Below, piece by piece: positions 60,238 to 64,000 of a stretch of 64,000 nt of DNA. Source of the DNA: an uncultured Gammaproteobacteria bacterium (lineage in GTDB: Bacteria > Pseudomonadota > Gammaproteobacteria > UBA9214); the NCBI GenBank assembly GCA_963773065.1, contig CAVYZN010000026.1, positions 32,001 to 96,000 on the forward strand. The letters run 5' to 3'. A model generated the notes under the pieces. That model saw only the letters and a list, made by a program, of their open reading frames with translations, made no database searches and was not told the origin of the DNA. Made by a program: the position numbers and the translations under genes. Position 1 is the first letter of the stretch. Each line of letters starts with the position of its first letter.

Positions 60238-60549
60238 CTAGCGCGGCGCCTGTTCGTAGTCACGGATCTCCCGGCGGTCCGCTTCGCGTGCCGAGATGAT
60301 CCGTATATGTATCTCCGTCTCATCTGTCTGTGTAAATGTGTGAATCACCACCAGGTATTGCCCGCCAGGCGTGCGCCCGAGCGTCACCCAGCGCTCTTCA
60401 TCCTCGCTGTGCTCATCGTCGTAGATACTCAGCGCCAGCGGATCGCGAAACACCGCAGTGGCCGTTCGAAACGATACACCGTGCTTTCGTAGGTTGGTCC
60501 GGGCCTTCCCCGCGTCCCACTCGAAATGATAGACGACTTTGGCGCTCAC
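60238..60549 (-). CDS. brnT: BrnT family toxin
   Basis: FEWDAGKARTNLRKHGVSF, EERW.TLG, IRIISAR. Confidence 0.92.
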   Translation of the reverse strand: MSAKVVYHFEWDAGKARTNLRKHGVSFRTATAVFRDPLALSIYDDEHSEDEERWVTLGRTPGGQYLVVIHTFTQTDETEIHIRIISAREADRREIRDYEQAPR

Positions 60550-60623
60550 GTAGCTGTTATCCCGCCTTGCTCAGAAACGCCTCAATCGTAGCAGGAAAAG
60601 GGAAATTAAGAATCAAACGTGAT

Positions 60624-60825
60624 CAATGGGGTCATACTCGATTGATTTTGCAGCATTTGGTAAAAATTCCAGTTGAGTGTTTAACATCTTGCTGAAAAAT
60701 CAATCGCACGTTCGATGGTGTCAGACTTCATTGAAACGTATGCGGGATTGAGCGAAGTCAACGGGGTCAGTCTCGATTGATCGATAGGGAGATGCAGATC
60801 CGGTCAATCGAGTCTGAACCCATTG
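60624..60825. repeat. GGGGTCAGACTCGATTGA-type repeat cluster
   Basis: Copies at 60624 and 60763, degenerate copy at 60717, inverted copy at 60804-25. Confidence 0.7.
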
Positions 60826-60876
60826 ATAGCTTCTTTATACCATCCTGCCATCGCTGCCGTCGTGCCTCTTTGCGGG

Positions 60877-61997
60877 CTAGAAATCGATGGTGACCTGCCC
60901 GCCAAACTGATTGGCCTTGTGCAGCTCCCGATCCCCGGAACTCTCACCCAGGCCCCGCTTGAAGGTAGCGCGCAGATACTCGAGGGTAAGACTCGCCTTT
61001 TTCAGAAACCGCCAGGAAACGGCCGCGCCCCCTCTTAGATGCGGAGCGTCTTCGACTTCATTGCTTCCTTCCAGGCGCAGGGACCACTGAAATCGTTGCG
61101 GGGGTAATAGGCCAATTCGACATTCCAGGCGCGGGCCTGTTACGGTCGGCTTCGAGTTCCGAGAAAGAACCCAGGGCGCGCACAAACTCGGCCGTGACCT
61201 CAAATGGATCGAAGCCCGCGATGACATTGGCGCTCAATCCGCCCACGCCGTTTTCGTAGCGATCATTGCTGTCCCTCAGGAATCCCTCCTTCGAGTCCGC
61301 AGATCGGACAGAGAACTGATGCCGAAGGAACCGATTTCATTTGGCGATCCCTCGAGGGCGAAGCCCCAGTCCAGGCTGTCGCCATCGGACCCGGACTTAT
61401 CGGCACGCCCCTGGTAGACAAACGCCAACACATCCAGTCGATCATCGGGTCCGTAAGACAGCGTCATCCCGTCGGTCTGTGTTTCCCCGAATCCCAGTAT
61501 CGGACCACTCACAAAATGGCTGTAATACACGCCGAACGGCATATACTGCCTGCCGAGGCGAGTTCGAAATGGCCGGCCTCGAAGGCGGCGTAGGCTTCGT
61601 CCAGGGTATGTTTGTTCGCCGCATCATCGTACTCGTAGAGCAACTCGCCTTTCACCCAGACCAGGGCGTCAGTTCCAGACCCGCCAGGAGCGTCTTGAAA
61701 AATCATCCCCGCTGGTATGCCCGGAAGCATCGTAGAGACTGGAGCGCTGATAGAGGTATTCAAACTCGACCAGTCCGGAGACGGCGAGCCAGTCGCTAAG
61801 CTCATATTTCAGCCCGGCATCCCGCCTTCCTGGGGCTCTTGTAGACGCGAACCTGTCTCCGGCGCCTCTTCGTGGATGACTCCCTCCTGGGCGCTCGCGC
61901 ACAGGGGCGCCGCAAGCGCCGCGAGGACAGCCGTAACCCGGCGGGCGGGAATGCGCGCCAACCGTTTTGATGGGCGCTTCCGCGGGCCGCCGCGCAT
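60877..61997 (-). pseudogene. LbtU-like outer-membrane porin, many frameshifts (possibly sequencing errors)
   Basis: Fragments across frames: signal peptide, LAVSGLVEFEY, ELLYE..LDEAY, MPFGVYYSHFVS..GET, terminal QVTIDF. Confidence 0.6.
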
Positions 61998-62229
61998 GGA
62001 GGACGCGTCGAGGTATCCAGCCAGCCAGGCGCCGGCTCTGTCATTCACGGTTTAACTTCCCCTTGCAACTCTAACCCCCGTTCATCTCCTCATCACATTT
62101 TCTAAACCTTTCCAAAAGGTAATGTTCAGGAAAGTTTGCTGCAATCATCTTATGTTACGTTAATGAACAATAATGAAAGGGGTGGCACGATCGCGTCAAA
62201 CAATCCACAAACAATCCAAAGGAGGAGCT

Positions 62230-63250
62230 ATGACCAAGAAACGCCTACTCGCACACTGGCGTTCGGCTTCGTGGTTGTCATGTGTGGCGCGTTCGCGGTA
62301 ACGAGCGGCGCCCAGACCGGCGACACTGCACGCAGACGGCGGACACGCTGCTCGATGCATGCAAGGCGAGCGTCATGGACGATGGCGCCGTTGGGAAGGC
62401 CGTCTGCATCAACATCACCGACACGAAGGCTCGAAACACCTGCCTCGACATCACGCGAACTCCCAGGATGAGGCTAACACGCTCTGCGAGGGCCAACATG
62501 ACACCCGTCTTGCTGCTTGCGGGGTGCTCGGGGAAGGTCGCTACGACCCCGATTTCAGACCGGCCCGCTTCGACAACCCCAGGCGTCCGTCGAACCGAAT
62601 CCTTATTTCCCCCTCGGGGTTGGCGAGCACTGGGAATACCGCAGCGCCACGCAAGTTGACATCGTGGATGTCGGAACGAGACGAAACTGATCGCGGGCGT
62701 AACCTGTATCGTGTTCCGGGATCAGGTGTTTGAGGACGGTCTGATCCATGAGGCCACAAATGACTGGTATGTTCCGGCCAAGGACGGCAGCGTCCGGTAC
62801 TTCGGCGAGGAGACCAAGGATTTCGAGACCTTCACGGGCGACAAACCGTTGAAACCGGAGACTCGTCAGCATCGATGGCTCCTTCAAGGCCGGTCGTGAC
62901 GGCGATAAGCCGGGCATCATCGCCCTGGCGTCGCCGCAGGTGGGCGATGCCTACCTCTAGCAGCTTTCGGTGGGTAACGCCGAGGACGTGACCGAAATCC
63001 TGTCCACACGTACTCCTACGGTCACGACGCGGTGCTCGACTAGGGAGGCCCCCGGGGAACTGGCGCAACGTTCTGCGCCGGCAACTGCGTCGTCACCAAG
63101 AACTACTCGCTGCTGGAGCCCGGGCTGTTCCGCGCGCAAGTATTACGCCCGCGGCGTCGGCACCATCCTCGAAGTGGAAAACACGGGAGAGGTCGTCCAG
63201 CTTGTCAATTGCAATTTCGATAATCGGTGCGCAAACCTTCCCATGCCTGA
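62230..63250 (+). pseudogene. Exported Cys-rich hypothetical protein, many frameshifts and one stop
   Basis: GGAGGAG RBS and signal peptide; fragments NPYFP, DWYVPAKDGSVRYFGEE, GSFKAGRDGDKPGII, KYYARGVG. Confidence 0.55.
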
Positions 63251-63278
63251 AGGGCTTTCATTCTTCCTATACACACCT

Positions 63279-64000
63279 TCACCGGGGGACACGCAGCAGC
63301 CGCAGCACGGCTGGCAGAACGACGAGAACCATGGGAAGTTGGGCGATCAGCCCGGCGATAATAGCGATGGCCAGCGGTTGCTGCATCGCCGAGCCCAGAC
63401 CCAGCGCCAGCGGCAGCAGCGCGAGGATCGCGGCAACGTGGTCATCGTGATCGCCCGCATCCGGTTGACGCCGGCGGCGAAATCGCGGGTCGCTGCCTGT
63501 TCGTCGGGCAACCCGGCAAACTCCGAGTAGTAGAAGATGGCCACTTCCGTCACGATGCCGACGATCATGGTCATGCCCATGATCGAGGTGATGTTCAGCT
63601 CGGTATCCGTGAGCCACAAACCCATGAACACTGCCGCCTGCACCAGCATCGTGTAAGCAGCATGGCCACCGCGACCCGCAGGCTCTCGTAGAGGAACAGC
63701 AGCAGCAGGAACACCAGCGCGCTGGCGGCGATGATGACCACCAGCAGGCCGCGGAAGGCGATCTGCTGCTGCTCGTACAGTCCGCCCAGGCGGTAGGTGC
63801 GCCCGCCGGCATCATGCCCGGAGCTGCAGCACCGCCTGCACGTCGCGGACGGTGGAGCCCAGGTCGCGGCCGCTGATGCGGGCGGTCACCGCCACCATGC
63901 GCTTCAGGTCTTCGCGGGTGATCTCGGGTTGCCCGGTCACGGTCTGCAGCGCCGCCACACGCTTCAGCGGGAACAGGTGGCCATTGGGTGCCCGCAGCAG
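63279..64000 (-). CDS. RND efflux permease subunit (AcrB/CusA family), C-terminal part, frameshifted
   Basis: GRDLGS, VFLLLLFLYE, ELNITSIMGMTMIVGIV, RMRAITMTT, ALLPLALG..MQQPLAIAIIAGL. Confidence 0.82.
   Translation of the reverse strand, partial: AAGTQWPPVPAEACGGAADRDRATRDHPRRPEAHGGGDRPHQRPRPGLHRPRRAGGAAAPGMMPAGAPTAWADCTSSSRSPSAACWWSSSPPARWCSCCCCSSTRACGSRWPCCLHDAGAGGSVHGFVAHGYRAEHHLDHGHDHDRRHRDGSGHLLLLGVCRVARRTGSDPRFRRRRQPDAGDHDDHVAAILALLPLALGLGSAMQQPLAIAIIAGLIAQLPMVLVVLPAVLRLLRVPR

Noticed and set aside
1-64000. CRISPR array, tRNA or rRNA genes
   Set aside because: No regularly spaced repeat-spacer series and no recognisable structural RNA gene; the repeats found are hairpin or MITE types

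Overview
GC-rich proteobacterial chromosome segment, probably a gammaproteobacterial sulfur oxidiser (inferred from two DsrC/TusE-family paralogs, rdgC, regBA and sulP). It mixes housekeeping genes with accessory patches. Many single-base frameshifts, densest after 60.8 kb, look like long-read indel errors rather than real decay. Main content: an oxidoreductase-aminotransferase-DUF2784 operon, a cstA-ybdD-permease operon, five toxin-antitoxin modules, a two-component system with sulP-usp, a 1.35-kb near-perfect duplication of a GH94 3' end bracketing about 9.6 kb of cargo (two ArsM-type methyltransferases, arsR, regBA, a CxxC outer-membrane protein and TlpA), and a beta-glucan locus (GH94, discoidin-domain glycoside hydrolase, ABC transporter with a degenerate ATPase site, GH1, nearby SemiSWEET). 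It also holds an RNA-chaperone cluster and a decayed integron (IntI N-terminus fused in frame to a HigB-type toxin, attI-like site, PD-(D/E)XK nuclease cassette). At least seven kinds of miniature repeats or MITEs occur, including one in-frame 60-codon insertion in a gene and a triply nested element. No tRNA, rRNA or CRISPR array was seen. All family assignments come from motif recognition by eye; no database search was run.
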